Assembly: GCA_036170915.1 (NCBI GenBank)
Contig: JAVHQC010000001.1
Location: 32,001 to 96,000 of the forward strand
Direction of reading: 5' to 3'
Origin: Cyanobacteria bacterium auto_48_18
Lineage (GTDB): Bacteria > Cyanobacteriota > Vampirovibrionia > Obscuribacterales > Obscuribacteraceae
Length of the DNA: 64,000 nt
A program made the translations under genes and the position numbers. The notes under the pieces are model-generated. The model was given only the letters and a program-made list of their open reading frames with translations, was not told the origin of the DNA and did not search any database. Numbering within the stretch: position 1 is the stretch's first letter; each line of letters opens with the position of its first letter. Below are positions 10,083 through 19,158 of this stretch, in pieces.

Positions 10083-10122
10083 TTTAAAATTTCCCTATAA
10101 AGCGCGCGGCATGCGCAGCTAA

Positions 10123-10929
10123 CTATTTCCCTGTAAATGTTGCTTTGCGTTTTTCCATAAATGCTTTCATGCCTTCTTTTTGATCTTCTGAAGAGAAGAG
10201 CATATAGAAGTTCTTGCGCTCAAATTGCAGACCTTCATTTAATGGGCCATCAAACGATTTGAGCACTGCTTCTTTGGCCAGGCGAACGGCGATTGGTGAC
10301 TTGCCGGCTATTTCTTTAGCCATGGCTTTGGCTTCTTCTAGATAGAGTTCAACAGGCACCACTTTGTTCACCAGACCCAGTTCATAGGCCTCGCGAGCCA
10401 GAAGCGGACGGCCCGTCAATATGAGTTCCATGGCTTTATATTTGCCGAGCACGCGAGTCATGCGCTGAGTGCCGCCGGCTCCAGGAATGACACCAATATT
10501 GATTTCGGGTTGACCAAATTGAGCGCTTTCAGAAGCAATGATAATGTCGCACATCATCATCAGTTCACATCCACCACCCAACGCGTAACCACTGATGGCG
10601 GCGATGATTGGCTTCTTGATATTTTTGATGCGGTCCCATGTGGCAAAGCGATCTTTGAGCATAATTGAAACGGTTGTTTCGTCAGACATTTCTTTAATGT
10701 CGGCACCAGCGGCGAAGGCACGATCGCTGCCGGTGAGTACGATGGCACGTACCGAATCGTCACGATCGAATTCTTCTAAAGCGGTCACCAGTTCTTCCAT
10801 GAGCTCGTGATTGAGGGCATTGAGAACAGTTGGTCTATTGAGAGTGACTATGCCGATATTGATGCCTGATTTGGCGCCTACCTCTTCTTTGGCCGAGAGG
10901 ATATTTTTATATGTCATCGTCATCACCAT
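10123..10929 (-). CDS. paaF: Enoyl-CoA hydratase, PaaF-like
   Basis: AFAAGADIKEM, GYALGGGCEL and FGQPEINIGVIPGAGGTQR; both catalytic Glu residues are present. Confidence 0.8.
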   Translation of the reverse strand: MVMTMTYKNILSAKEEVGAKSGINIGIVTLNRPTVLNALNHELMEELVTALEEFDRDDSVRAIVLTGSDRAFAAGADIKEMSDETTVSIMLKDRFATWDRIKNIKKPIIAAISGYALGGGCELMMMCDIIIASESAQFGQPEINIGVIPGAGGTQRMTRVLGKYKAMELILTGRPLLAREAYELGLVNKVVPVELYLEEAKAMAKEIAGKSPIAVRLAKEAVLKSFDGPLNEGLQFERKNFYMLFSSEDQKEGMKAFMEKRKATFTGK

Positions 10930-10970
10930 TTCTCCTGATTAGACCTCCAGTTTTATTTTGACCGTTTGGC

Positions 10971-11942
10971 TTAGTTTAGTTTTTCGCCGCAGCTGCCACA
11001 AAATCCAAATGACACAGGCATTTCGTTCGAACACTTACCGCAATTTCTCAGGTCAACACCAAGGTTAACGCCCTCGGCATCCCCGGCGGCTTTGCAGCGA
11101 ATTTTGGCATAGTTGATTGGTTGCTTTTTGCGGAATGAACGCAGACCTTCAGCAGTTTCATACGAGCCTGCATGAAGTGACAACCAGTCTCTGGCGTGGC
11201 CCACTGTCATAGACCAGGAGAAATCGCGCCACATATTCAATTGTTGTTTAGTGTAGCGAGTGCACTCAGGCAGTTTGTTGTATAGCTTTTCGGCCATTTC
11301 GGCTACGGTGGCATCAAGCATTGACGAAGGCACCACTTGATTGACCAGGCCCCAGTCTAATGCCGTGTAAGCATCAACCGGTTCGCAAAGTAGCAACATT
11401 TCGCGTGCGCGGCGATCACCAATTATCATAGGCAGCCATTGAGTGGCGCCACCAGCAGCGACACTACCACGAGCGGCGCCCACCTGGCGAATGGTGACGT
11501 GATCGGCAGCGATTGCCAGATCGCAAGCCATGTTGAGCTCGTTACCTCCGCCCACTACCATGCCGTTTAGGCGGGCAATGGTCGGTTTGCCGATGTTGCG
11601 CAAGCGATCGTGCATTTCAATAAAGGTGTACATCCACTTGTGATAGTTGTTTGGCTTTTTGAGAATGTGATCTTCTTGCTCTTTTAAATCGGCGCCGGTG
11701 CAGAAGGCGCGGTCGCCTGCGCCGGTGATTACTACTACCGCAATGGCGTCGTCTGAACCGCAATCAAGAAAAGCAGTGCCCAGTTCTTTTAGAGTCGTGG
11801 TGTCAAAACAATTGAGCACATCTGGACGATTGATGGTGATTGTGGCCACGTATTTGTTTTTAGTGTAGATAATGCGCTTGAACTGATAGCTCTCTGCTGG
11901 AGCGCCGGTGAACACTACGTCTGGTGAGGTTGCCTGTGGCAT
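10971..11942 (-). CDS. Crotonase-family ring-opening hydrolase (Oah/BadI/MenB-like) with a C-terminal zinc ribbon
   Basis: DRAFCTGADL, ARLNGMVVGGGNE and QVGAARGSVAAGGATQWLP resemble the Oah/BadI clade. C-terminus CGKC...FCGSCG. Confidence 0.7.
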   Translation of the reverse strand: MPQATSPDVVFTGAPAESYQFKRIIYTKNKYVATITINRPDVLNCFDTTTLKELGTAFLDCGSDDAIAVVVITGAGDRAFCTGADLKEQEDHILKKPNNYHKWMYTFIEMHDRLRNIGKPTIARLNGMVVGGGNELNMACDLAIAADHVTIRQVGAARGSVAAGGATQWLPMIIGDRRAREMLLLCEPVDAYTALDWGLVNQVVPSSMLDATVAEMAEKLYNKLPECTRYTKQQLNMWRDFSWSMTVGHARDWLSLHAGSYETAEGLRSFRKKQPINYAKIRCKAAGDAEGVNLGVDLRNCGKCSNEMPVSFGFCGSCGEKLN

Positions 11943-11967
11943 TGTTTTGACCTTTTTTTGTGATTAC

Positions 11968-12294
11968 TTAAACGGCGGCTGGAACTTTTTCTTCCACGGT
12001 GGCATACATCATCGAAACTATTTCTTTGGCGAAGCCCATCAGATTTTTGGCTGAAGCTCTGCCTTCTGGGCTCGACATGGCAGCGTCAAGCGCTGCTTGA
12101 TTTTCAAAATAAAGTTCGGCCATCAAATAAAATGGAGCTTCGCCCATAGGAGCGCCGGTAACTTTTGATAATTCCGCTTTTAAAAGACCAGGCATTTTCA
12201 TGGCCAGTGGAATATGGCCGTTGAAATAGTTTTCGTCAAAAGCGGCTGTATCAGTAGGATTTTTATAAAGAGCAATCAACTTGACCATTTTCAT
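11968..12294 (-). CDS. EthD family protein
   Basis: MVKLIALY..P...AFD..YF..HIPLAMKMPGL...AELYFEN...AAMSSPEG is the typical EthD pattern. Confidence 0.85.
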   Translation of the reverse strand: MKMVKLIALYKNPTDTAAFDENYFNGHIPLAMKMPGLLKAELSKVTGAPMGEAPFYLMAELYFENQAALDAAMSSPEGRASAKNLMGFAKEIVSMMYATVEEKVPAAV

Positions 12295-12320
12295 TTCCTT
12301 TATCTAGTTTCAGTTTTTAT

Positions 12321-13685
12321 CTACTTTTTAGTAGAATCTTTAGCACGTCTGTCAACGATGCGCACCGCTTTGCCTTCGCTGCGGGCGATTGATTTTGGTT
12401 TGAGTAGAGTGACATCAGCAGTGAGCCCGAGGCTGTCTTTGAGCAGCTTTTGAATGTTTTCGGTCAGGGCGGTCATATCTAAATGGTCATCTTCGAAGTG
12501 TCCCCACCTCTCGATAATTGCCTCAGTTACTTCTACTTGAATTTCCAGAGTATCCAGCGCTTTCACCCGGTCGATAACCAGCTGATAGTGTGGTGCCAGC
12601 TCTTCCATTGATAGCAGTGCTTTTTCAATTTCAGAAGGATATAAATTAACGCCGCGAATAATCAGCATGTCGTCAAGACGCGCGCGCACACGGGTCATGC
12701 GTCTCATGGTGCGGCCGCAAACACAGGGCTCCACAATTAAGCGCGAGAGGTCGCCGGTGCGATAGCGCACTACCGGAATCGCTTCTTTTGTCAGCGTGGT
12801 GAAGACGAGCTCGCCTTCTTCTCCATCAGGTAAAACTTCACCGGTCAGTGGGTCTACTATTTCGGCAATAAACAAATCTTCCCAGATATGCAAACCATGT
12901 TTAGCTTCCAGGCATTCCATAGATACGCCCGGGCCCATTACTTCGCTCAGTCCGTAAATATCGAGGGCTTGAATTTTGAGCAAATTTTCGAGCTGGTCGC
13001 GCATCTCTTCGGTCCAGGGCTCAGCGCCAAAGATGCCGATTTCAAGCTTAATAGACTCGCGCGGAATACCCATTTCGGCCATGGTGTAAGCCATGTTCAA
13101 AGCATACGAAGGAGTGGAAAGCAAAATGCGGGCACCAAAATCTTGCAGCAACATAATTTGTTGTTGAGTGCGACCGCCGCTGGCAGGCACCACTGTGCAG
13201 CCTAATTTTTCGGCGCCATAATGCATACCAAGGCCGCCGGTGAATAAACCGTAGCCGTAGCTGTTGTGCAAAATATCAGCTGGTTTGCCGCCACCACAGG
13301 CAAGTGCGCGAGCGCAGGCTTCGGCCCAGGTCTCAATGTCACCCCTTGTGTAACCAACAACGGTGGGTTTGCCTTTAGTGCCTGAGCTGGCGTGCAGGCG
13401 ATTGACGTCTTTAAGTGGCCGGGCGAAAAGTCCGAACGGATAATTGTCGCGCAAATCGCTTTTTTTCATGAATGGCAAGCGCGATAGCTCGGCCACACTT
13501 TTCATTGCTTCAATAGAACTGGCTGTGACACCACAGGCGGTGAAGCGTTCCTTTAAAAGCGGCACATTGTGAAAAACGTCGAGCAGTGTAGCCTTGAGAC
13601 GCTTCAGTTGCAGCGCCTCAAGGCCGGCGCGATCGATTGACTCGATGGCGCGATTCCACATAAACACTTCAGACTTGGTAGTCAC
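12321..13685 (-). CDS. paaK: Phenylacetate-CoA ligase
   Basis: HASSGTKGKPT, YGYGLFTGGLG, GIFGAEPW, DIYGLSEVMGPGV, RYRTGD and EGKAVR motifs. Confidence 0.93.
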   Translation of the reverse strand: MTTKSEVFMWNRAIESIDRAGLEALQLKRLKATLLDVFHNVPLLKERFTACGVTASSIEAMKSVAELSRLPFMKKSDLRDNYPFGLFARPLKDVNRLHASSGTKGKPTVVGYTRGDIETWAEACARALACGGGKPADILHNSYGYGLFTGGLGMHYGAEKLGCTVVPASGGRTQQQIMLLQDFGARILLSTPSYALNMAYTMAEMGIPRESIKLEIGIFGAEPWTEEMRDQLENLLKIQALDIYGLSEVMGPGVSMECLEAKHGLHIWEDLFIAEIVDPLTGEVLPDGEEGELVFTTLTKEAIPVVRYRTGDLSRLIVEPCVCGRTMRRMTRVRARLDDMLIIRGVNLYPSEIEKALLSMEELAPHYQLVIDRVKALDTLEIQVEVTEAIIERWGHFEDDHLDMTALTENIQKLLKDSLGLTADVTLLKPKSIARSEGKAVRIVDRRAKDSTKK

Positions 13686-13721
13686 AGCTCTTTAGTTTTT
13701 TGCCACTTAGTTTTTTGCCAC

Positions 13722-14477
13722 TTAGTTTTTAGCTATTAGATCAATCGGTGGGCAAACCATACCGTAGCTGTCAAAGAGCAATTTGATTTCGTTGTACCAG
13801 CTTGCGCGCACTTCTTGATTGTCTCTTTGTTTGATTTTGAATTTCTGGAAGGTCTTGTTGGTCTCGGTGTTTGGTTTACCGAAAACTTTGTTGACCATAG
13901 GGAACCAGAAATCTAAAGCAGCTTGAATTTCAGGCTTGGTCTCAGGATTTGCAGCCATGCGCTTGACCCAGGTCTCGCCGTGTTTGACGTGCATCCACTC
14001 TTCTTTCTCAATTTGCACCATGGTGCGTGACCATGGGCCATAAGAAGACTCGGCGGCATCATGCAACTGGTGCCCAGCGGCGCGGTCCATCAAGAAGTTG
14101 AACATTACAAGGTCAGCCCAGGTCTTGATGGGCTCATAGAAAACTTTCATGCGATTTTTCATTTTGTCGACATTGATCAAATGATTGGTATCAACGTCCA
14201 ATCTGTCGAGCAAATCGTACATAGCTTTAGCATGGCGAATTTCGTCTTTGACGATGTTTGCCATGGCCAGCTTTTCAGCGTTGGTGGGAGCGCCTTCGAT
14301 CCATGGCACATAACCATAAGCTCCAGCCAATTCTGAATCAGCCTGGGCGATCATCAAAAGCAAAAGGGCTTGTCTGTACTCATCAGTCAGTTCTTCCGGC
14401 GATTCTAATTTCTCCCCGGCTTCAATCTTCGCCATCATTGCTTCATGTTTGGCTTTTTCGTCCATCACAAGCATCAT
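13722..14477 (-). CDS. paaA: Ferritin-like diiron aryl-CoA epoxidase subunit, PaaA-like
   Basis: Diiron ligand pattern ADSE, DEIRH, MDRAA and EEWMH, plus SSYGPWSR and Q.ALDFWFP. Start ATG 14477 behind AAGGAG (251 aa). Confidence 0.75.
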   Translation of the reverse strand: MMLVMDEKAKHEAMMAKIEAGEKLESPEELTDEYRQALLLLMIAQADSELAGAYGYVPWIEGAPTNAEKLAMANIVKDEIRHAKAMYDLLDRLDVDTNHLINVDKMKNRMKVFYEPIKTWADLVMFNFLMDRAAGHQLHDAAESSYGPWSRTMVQIEKEEWMHVKHGETWVKRMAANPETKPEIQAALDFWFPMVNKVFGKPNTETNKTFQKFKIKQRDNQEVRASWYNEIKLLFDSYGMVCPPIDLIAKN

Positions 14478-14667
14478 AAATCTCCTTGCAAATAGGCTGT
14501 CTGAGAGGTTATACAGATAGGAATCATCTTGATTTCCTGTCAATCAATATATCACGCCAGGACTGCTACCCCTTTATTCTCAATGTTCTGTCTATTTTTC
14601 AAATTTGGGCTAAAGTCTGAATAGGTCAATAACTCTTTTTACTAGTTTACTAATTGGCGCTGAGCTA

Positions 14668-17600
14668 ATGGCATCCGATCACCCAGCCATACCAGAAACA
14701 CCTGCCGGGCCGGCGGCCGCTCATGGCAAGCCATCGTTCTGGTCAGATCGCGTGCTCTGGATTTTAATCGCGCTTGCCGTGGTCGGTTTCAGCATCTATT
14801 TGAAACTCGACAAAAGAGTTTTCCCCGCGGCTTCCATCGATCTCAAGTACAGCCGCGAGCAAATTGCCGTCCAGGCTCGCGAGTATGCCAAGCGCTTTGG
14901 TTACGAACAAGCGCGACCGATTGAGTCCACAACATTCACCTTTTTTAACGAGAGCAAAACCTTCCTCGAATACGAACTGGGCCTAGACGAAGCCAATCGT
15001 CTAATGCGCGAGAAAATTCCCGTTTGGGCCTGGACCACCAGATTTTGCCAGCAGTATCAACTAGAGCAATTTAGAGTCTGGATTTCACCGCAAGGAAAGC
15101 TCATAGCATTTTCTCGCACCATTGAAGATGAGCGGCCAATGCCTACAATTTCTCACGCGGATGCCCTGGCACAAGCGCAGGCTTTCTTGCAAAAAGATGT
15201 GCAGGCTCCGCTTGCGCATTTGAAACTTGTGCGTGATGAAACCACTACCAAAGCTCATCGCGATGATCACTCATTTACTTGGGAAGATGTCAGCCAAGAC
15301 TATAAAGACGCAAAAATGCGTTATTTCATTGCTTTTTCCGGCAACAAGTTAACCGCTTATTCTTCTTTCCTATCCATTCCCGATAAATGGACGCGCATGT
15401 ACGCCAAGATGCGCTCCATGAACGATTTGCTGCAGAGTATAGCCAGTATTTTTTATGGCACTTTGCAGACACTCGCCGTACTGGTTGTGCCCTGGGCCCT
15501 GACGCGCAAGCTGATGCGCTGGCGCTTTGCCATTTTTGGTGGGCTGGTCACCGCTCTGGTTGGCGCCTTTGATTCGGTGAACGATTACGCTTCGGTGATT
15601 GATAGTTACAGCCCCACCAGCTCTTTTCGCGACTATTTGTTCTCTTATTATTTCCGTCAAGCTATAGCGTCGTTGAGCTCATTTGTCTCAGGTGCGCTCT
15701 TGTTTGGCGGCGCTGATGTGATTTATCGCTTGAGCTACCCCAAGCGCATTGCCCTCGAAAATTATTTGACCTTCAAAGGATTCGCCAGCCGCGAAGGCCG
15801 CAAAGCAGTGCTGATTGGCTACTGTGTTTTTGCCGTGCACTTAGGCTGGATTATCGCTTACTACATGATTGGCGAAAAACTCAAGTTCTGGTGCCCGCTT
15901 GGAGTTGACGACTATCAGCTGATGGGCAGCGCTTTGCCTTTCTTCTCAGCCATTTCTTTGGGTATTCATGCTGCTACTCAAGAAGAAACCATCGCTCGAG
16001 TTGTAGCCCTCAGTCTGGTGGAGAAACTAACAGGCCGCTTCTGGCTGGCCAACCTTTTTCAAGCGGCGTCCTGGGGCTTCATGCATAGCTCGTATCCGCA
16101 GCAACCTGCTTACGCGCGGGGCGTAGAGCTGACCATTGGTGGTCTATTTTATGGCTACATAATGCGCCGCTACGGGCTTTTGCCTTGTTTCATCGGTCAC
16201 TATTTGGTCGACGCTTTTTTAACCGTCAAACCGATTTTTTCTGCTTCCAGCCCGTGGCTTAATTTGTCTGGTTTCATACCAATAGTGCCTTTTGCCATTA
16301 TTACCGTGGCCTCAATCTTGTATGACCGCTTCAAAAAAGCCCCATCACCAGCAGCCGCTCCACACCAAACTCATGACGAAGACCTGTTTAACGACGCTTT
16401 GCCCGTTCACCCTGTAGAGATTAAACCGCTTGAGGGCGAAGTCGAGGCTTATACTTACCAGCCTTTCAAGCAAAAGCTGCGCGTGATTTTAGCTGTGGTC
16501 GGCATTGTCGGAATATGTTTTTCATTCTGCACGAGCACGCCTTTGCCCGGCGACAAAAGCAGAGTGACCATTGACCGCAACCACGCTATCAGTCGTGCTA
16601 AAGAAATACTGGCGAAAAACGGCATCGACCCCAGTTCTTATCGAGAAGTAGCGTCGCTGGTGACCAATATTTCTAGCGAAGAAATGCAATACATTTTTGA
16701 AAAAGAAAAACTGACGCGCACACTGGAGCTGGCCAGTAAGACCCAGCCGGGCTACATCTGGTCAGTGCGCTTTTTCAAAATTATGGATTCTACCGAGTAT
16801 AAAGTGGAACTGTATGGCGACGGCCGCGAATATTCTTTTGATATCACTGAAGATGAAGACGCGCCTGGTGGCACGATTGATAAAGCGGCAGCAGAAAAAA
16901 TCGCTCTGGCTTATGTGAAAAGAGTGCACCCTGAATACAAAGATGTGGTGCTCGATAAATGTTCGTGGGACAAACGCAAGAACCGCACAGATTATGACGT
17001 TGCTTGCCTGGTACCGTCGCTTAAAGTGGGCGATGCTGACTACAAAATTTCATTGCAAGTTGTTGGCGCGCTGCCATGCAATTTTTCACAAGCCTGGCAA
17101 ATTCCCGAACAGTGGTCGCTTGATCGCTCAAAGCAGACACGCAAAGATGCGGTTCTATCAAGCGTGCGATCGGTGGCCTATTTCATCATGGGTGCCTTTG
17201 GCCTCTGGTGGGGCATTGGCATTTTGCGCTCAGGCACCATTCGTTGGCGGCCTGCAGTTTTGATCGCTATAATTTGCGGCCTGTTAATGGTGCCTGAAGA
17301 ATTCAACCACTGGCCTGTACTCTGGAATAGCTACGAAACTTCCGTACCTGAAACCACTTTCTTACTCAGCCAGGTGCTACAGCTGATTACAAGCTGCTCA
17401 AGTAAAGTGGTTTCTACCTTTATATCAATTGCGCTGGCTTTAGCGGTCTACAAATTGATGTCGCCCAAGCTCAATGCTCTCACCATTGTCAAAGCGGCTT
17501 TCAGACCAAGCGGAGTGGCTCCACGTCTGGCCCAGCAGCAAATGTGGCTTGACGGCATTCTGGTGGCACTGGCCTGGGCCGCTGTGACTCAGACTAAAGA

Positions 17601-18195
17601 TTCCATTCTTGATTTTATGCTGCACTGGTTCTCGCCTGAGGTGCGCACAGCTTCACTGGGTAGTCTCGCAAGCCTGACCGATTATGTTTTCCCGGTGGCT
17701 TCAGATCTGCTTGATTTGCTGCCGTCGCTGGTGGGCGCCATCACCATGGCGCTGCTCATGGCTGGCCTCTACAACAAATATTTCCCGCGCTTTGGTCTGT
17801 TTTTGATTTTTGTTTTTGTTATGAACATGATCAAATACAGCTACGCCAGACACTGGCAAGACTTTGTCATTAACTTGATTGCTGACACGATTCAACAAAT
17901 TATTTTCTGGTTCTTTGTGGCTAAGCTGGCTAAGTTCAATCCGGTGGCTTACCTGGTAAAAGTGATGATTGATGATTCGCTGCCGCTTATTTATGTCATC
18001 TGGATTTTCGGCTGGCCTTGTTTTGCCCCCACATTTTTCTCACTGATAATTTACGTGCTCTCGCCACTGCTGTTGCTGGCCTACTACCGCGCTCGCAACG
18101 TGCGGCTACTGGCCTCGCTATCAGGTGAGCCCGTTGCCGAATCGATCATCTCAGCTGATACTACGGCTGGGGAACCGGGGGGCGAAAGTCCTTAA
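14668..18195 (+). CDS. Large CPBP (Abi/CAAX-type) intramembrane glutamic metalloprotease, internally duplicated
   Basis: 1175 aa. CPBP motifs EETIAR, WGFMH and GHYLVD. Two similar extracytoplasmic domains, each followed by a TM bundle. Confidence 0.8.
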   Translation: MASDHPAIPETPAGPAAAHGKPSFWSDRVLWILIALAVVGFSIYLKLDKRVFPAASIDLKYSREQIAVQAREYAKRFGYEQARPIESTTFTFFNESKTFLEYELGLDEANRLMREKIPVWAWTTRFCQQYQLEQFRVWISPQGKLIAFSRTIEDERPMPTISHADALAQAQAFLQKDVQAPLAHLKLVRDETTTKAHRDDHSFTWEDVSQDYKDAKMRYFIAFSGNKLTAYSSFLSIPDKWTRMYAKMRSMNDLLQSIASIFYGTLQTLAVLVVPWALTRKLMRWRFAIFGGLVTALVGAFDSVNDYASVIDSYSPTSSFRDYLFSYYFRQAIASLSSFVSGALLFGGADVIYRLSYPKRIALENYLTFKGFASREGRKAVLIGYCVFAVHLGWIIAYYMIGEKLKFWCPLGVDDYQLMGSALPFFSAISLGIHAATQEETIARVVALSLVEKLTGRFWLANLFQAASWGFMHSSYPQQPAYARGVELTIGGLFYGYIMRRYGLLPCFIGHYLVDAFLTVKPIFSASSPWLNLSGFIPIVPFAIITVASILYDRFKKAPSPAAAPHQTHDEDLFNDALPVHPVEIKPLEGEVEAYTYQPFKQKLRVILAVVGIVGICFSFCTSTPLPGDKSRVTIDRNHAISRAKEILAKNGIDPSSYREVASLVTNISSEEMQYIFEKEKLTRTLELASKTQPGYIWSVRFFKIMDSTEYKVELYGDGREYSFDITEDEDAPGGTIDKAAAEKIALAYVKRVHPEYKDVVLDKCSWDKRKNRTDYDVACLVPSLKVGDADYKISLQVVGALPCNFSQAWQIPEQWSLDRSKQTRKDAVLSSVRSVAYFIMGAFGLWWGIGILRSGTIRWRPAVLIAIICGLLMVPEEFNHWPVLWNSYETSVPETTFLLSQVLQLITSCSSKVVSTFISIALALAVYKLMSPKLNALTIVKAAFRPSGVAPRLAQQQMWLDGILVALAWAAVTQTKDSILDFMLHWFSPEVRTASLGSLASLTDYVFPVASDLLDLLPSLVGAITMALLMAGLYNKYFPRFGLFLIFVFVMNMIKYSYARHWQDFVINLIADTIQQIIFWFFVAKLAKFNPVAYLVKVMIDDSLPLIYVIWIFGWPCFAPTFFSLIIYVLSPLLLLAYYRARNVRLLASLSGEPVAESIISADTTAGEPGGESP

Positions 18196-19090
18196 GCGCT
18201 AAATCATGTTTAGCACCGTCTTTGTCTGTGACCACTAAGACCGGCTCAGAGACTACGAAATGGAAAACCGTAAATGGTTGCCTGTGATCTTTGCGCACCA
18301 TATGCAATCGCAAAAGTGCGCTTTTAAGATGAGGAAGTTTGGCAGCTACATCAGTCTCAGGCATGATCGAGCCGTCAGCCAGGCGCACGGAGCCTGCGTC
18401 TTTAGGCGTTTGATAGCGGGCTACGTCGCTGCCGTAAAAGAGTTCCTTTTCAAGTTTATTTTGATCAGGTTTTTGCTGGTCTGGTTTAGTACTCTCTTGT
18501 GTTTGCGCTTGTGTTTTCGCTTTTTCAGCTTCAGCCCGATTGACTAAAATTTTCACCTGCTCGGGCTGGTCGGTGACGCCTTTTGCTAAGCCTGGACGCA
18601 GGCGCAGAGTCAGGGCCTTCCAGGCTTCATGGTCTGGATCTTTGAGAAAATCATCCAATTGCCCCTGGCTGATTTCGTAACCGTAGGCCATGTCGAGGGG
18701 CAAAAACAGCGGCTCGTAGCCACGGTTGAAATGCATTGGCACATCGACTTCAAAATCTTCGGGCTGGTCAAGAGCGGTGGTGGCTTGAGCCTCGCCTTTC
18801 ATTTTTTTGTAGGTAATCGGCCCAAATTCAAAAGGCTGGCCCACTAAAAAGGAGAGGTTGGGTTCTTCACCCGAACTATATATAAGGTAAGAAACCCAGC
18901 CCAGTTTTGCCGGGCAGCGGCAAATGTTGCCGCCAAAGGCCTCTACGGCTTTGGCATATTCGCCGTTCTGTACATGTTTTACAAACTTTCGCGCATTATT
19001 TGTGGGGTCACCAGGCTTGTCACCGGCAAAGACCTGAAATAAGACAATGGCAAAACATAACAGTAAAAATATGGGAAGCAATAACCTCAT
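18161..19090 (-). CDS. Exported hypothetical protein
   Basis: 309 aa ORF with an N-terminal hydrophobic signal/anchor, a CRC motif and short KPDQ repeats. Confidence 0.6.
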   Translation of the reverse strand: MRLLLPIFLLLCFAIVLFQVFAGDKPGDPTNNARKFVKHVQNGEYAKAVEAFGGNICRCPAKLGWVSYLIYSSGEEPNLSFLVGQPFEFGPITYKKMKGEAQATTALDQPEDFEVDVPMHFNRGYEPLFLPLDMAYGYEISQGQLDDFLKDPDHEAWKALTLRLRPGLAKGVTDQPEQVKILVNRAEAEKAKTQAQTQESTKPDQQKPDQNKLEKELFYGSDVARYQTPKDAGSVRLADGSIMPETDVAAKLPHLKSALLRLHMVRKDHRQPFTVFHFVVSEPVLVVTDKDGAKHDLALKDFRPPVPQP

Positions 19091-19158
19091 TACCTGAGTG
19101 TAACTTGGATTTGGCTGTGATACTATCCCGGTTTCTATCTCGTCAATGGGGCAATAGT

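Noticed and set aside
14529..14547. TTGATT-N7-AATCAA inverted repeat upstream of the paa-like operon as an FNR or PaaX site
   Set aside because: The spacing does not match FNR (TTGAT-N4-ATCAA) or the PaaX box; it may be an operator but cannot be assigned.
18907..19158. N-terminal 84 codons of ORF 18907..20637
   Set aside because: They overlap the divergent gene 18161..19090 and do not look protein-like; ATG 19159 is more plausible.
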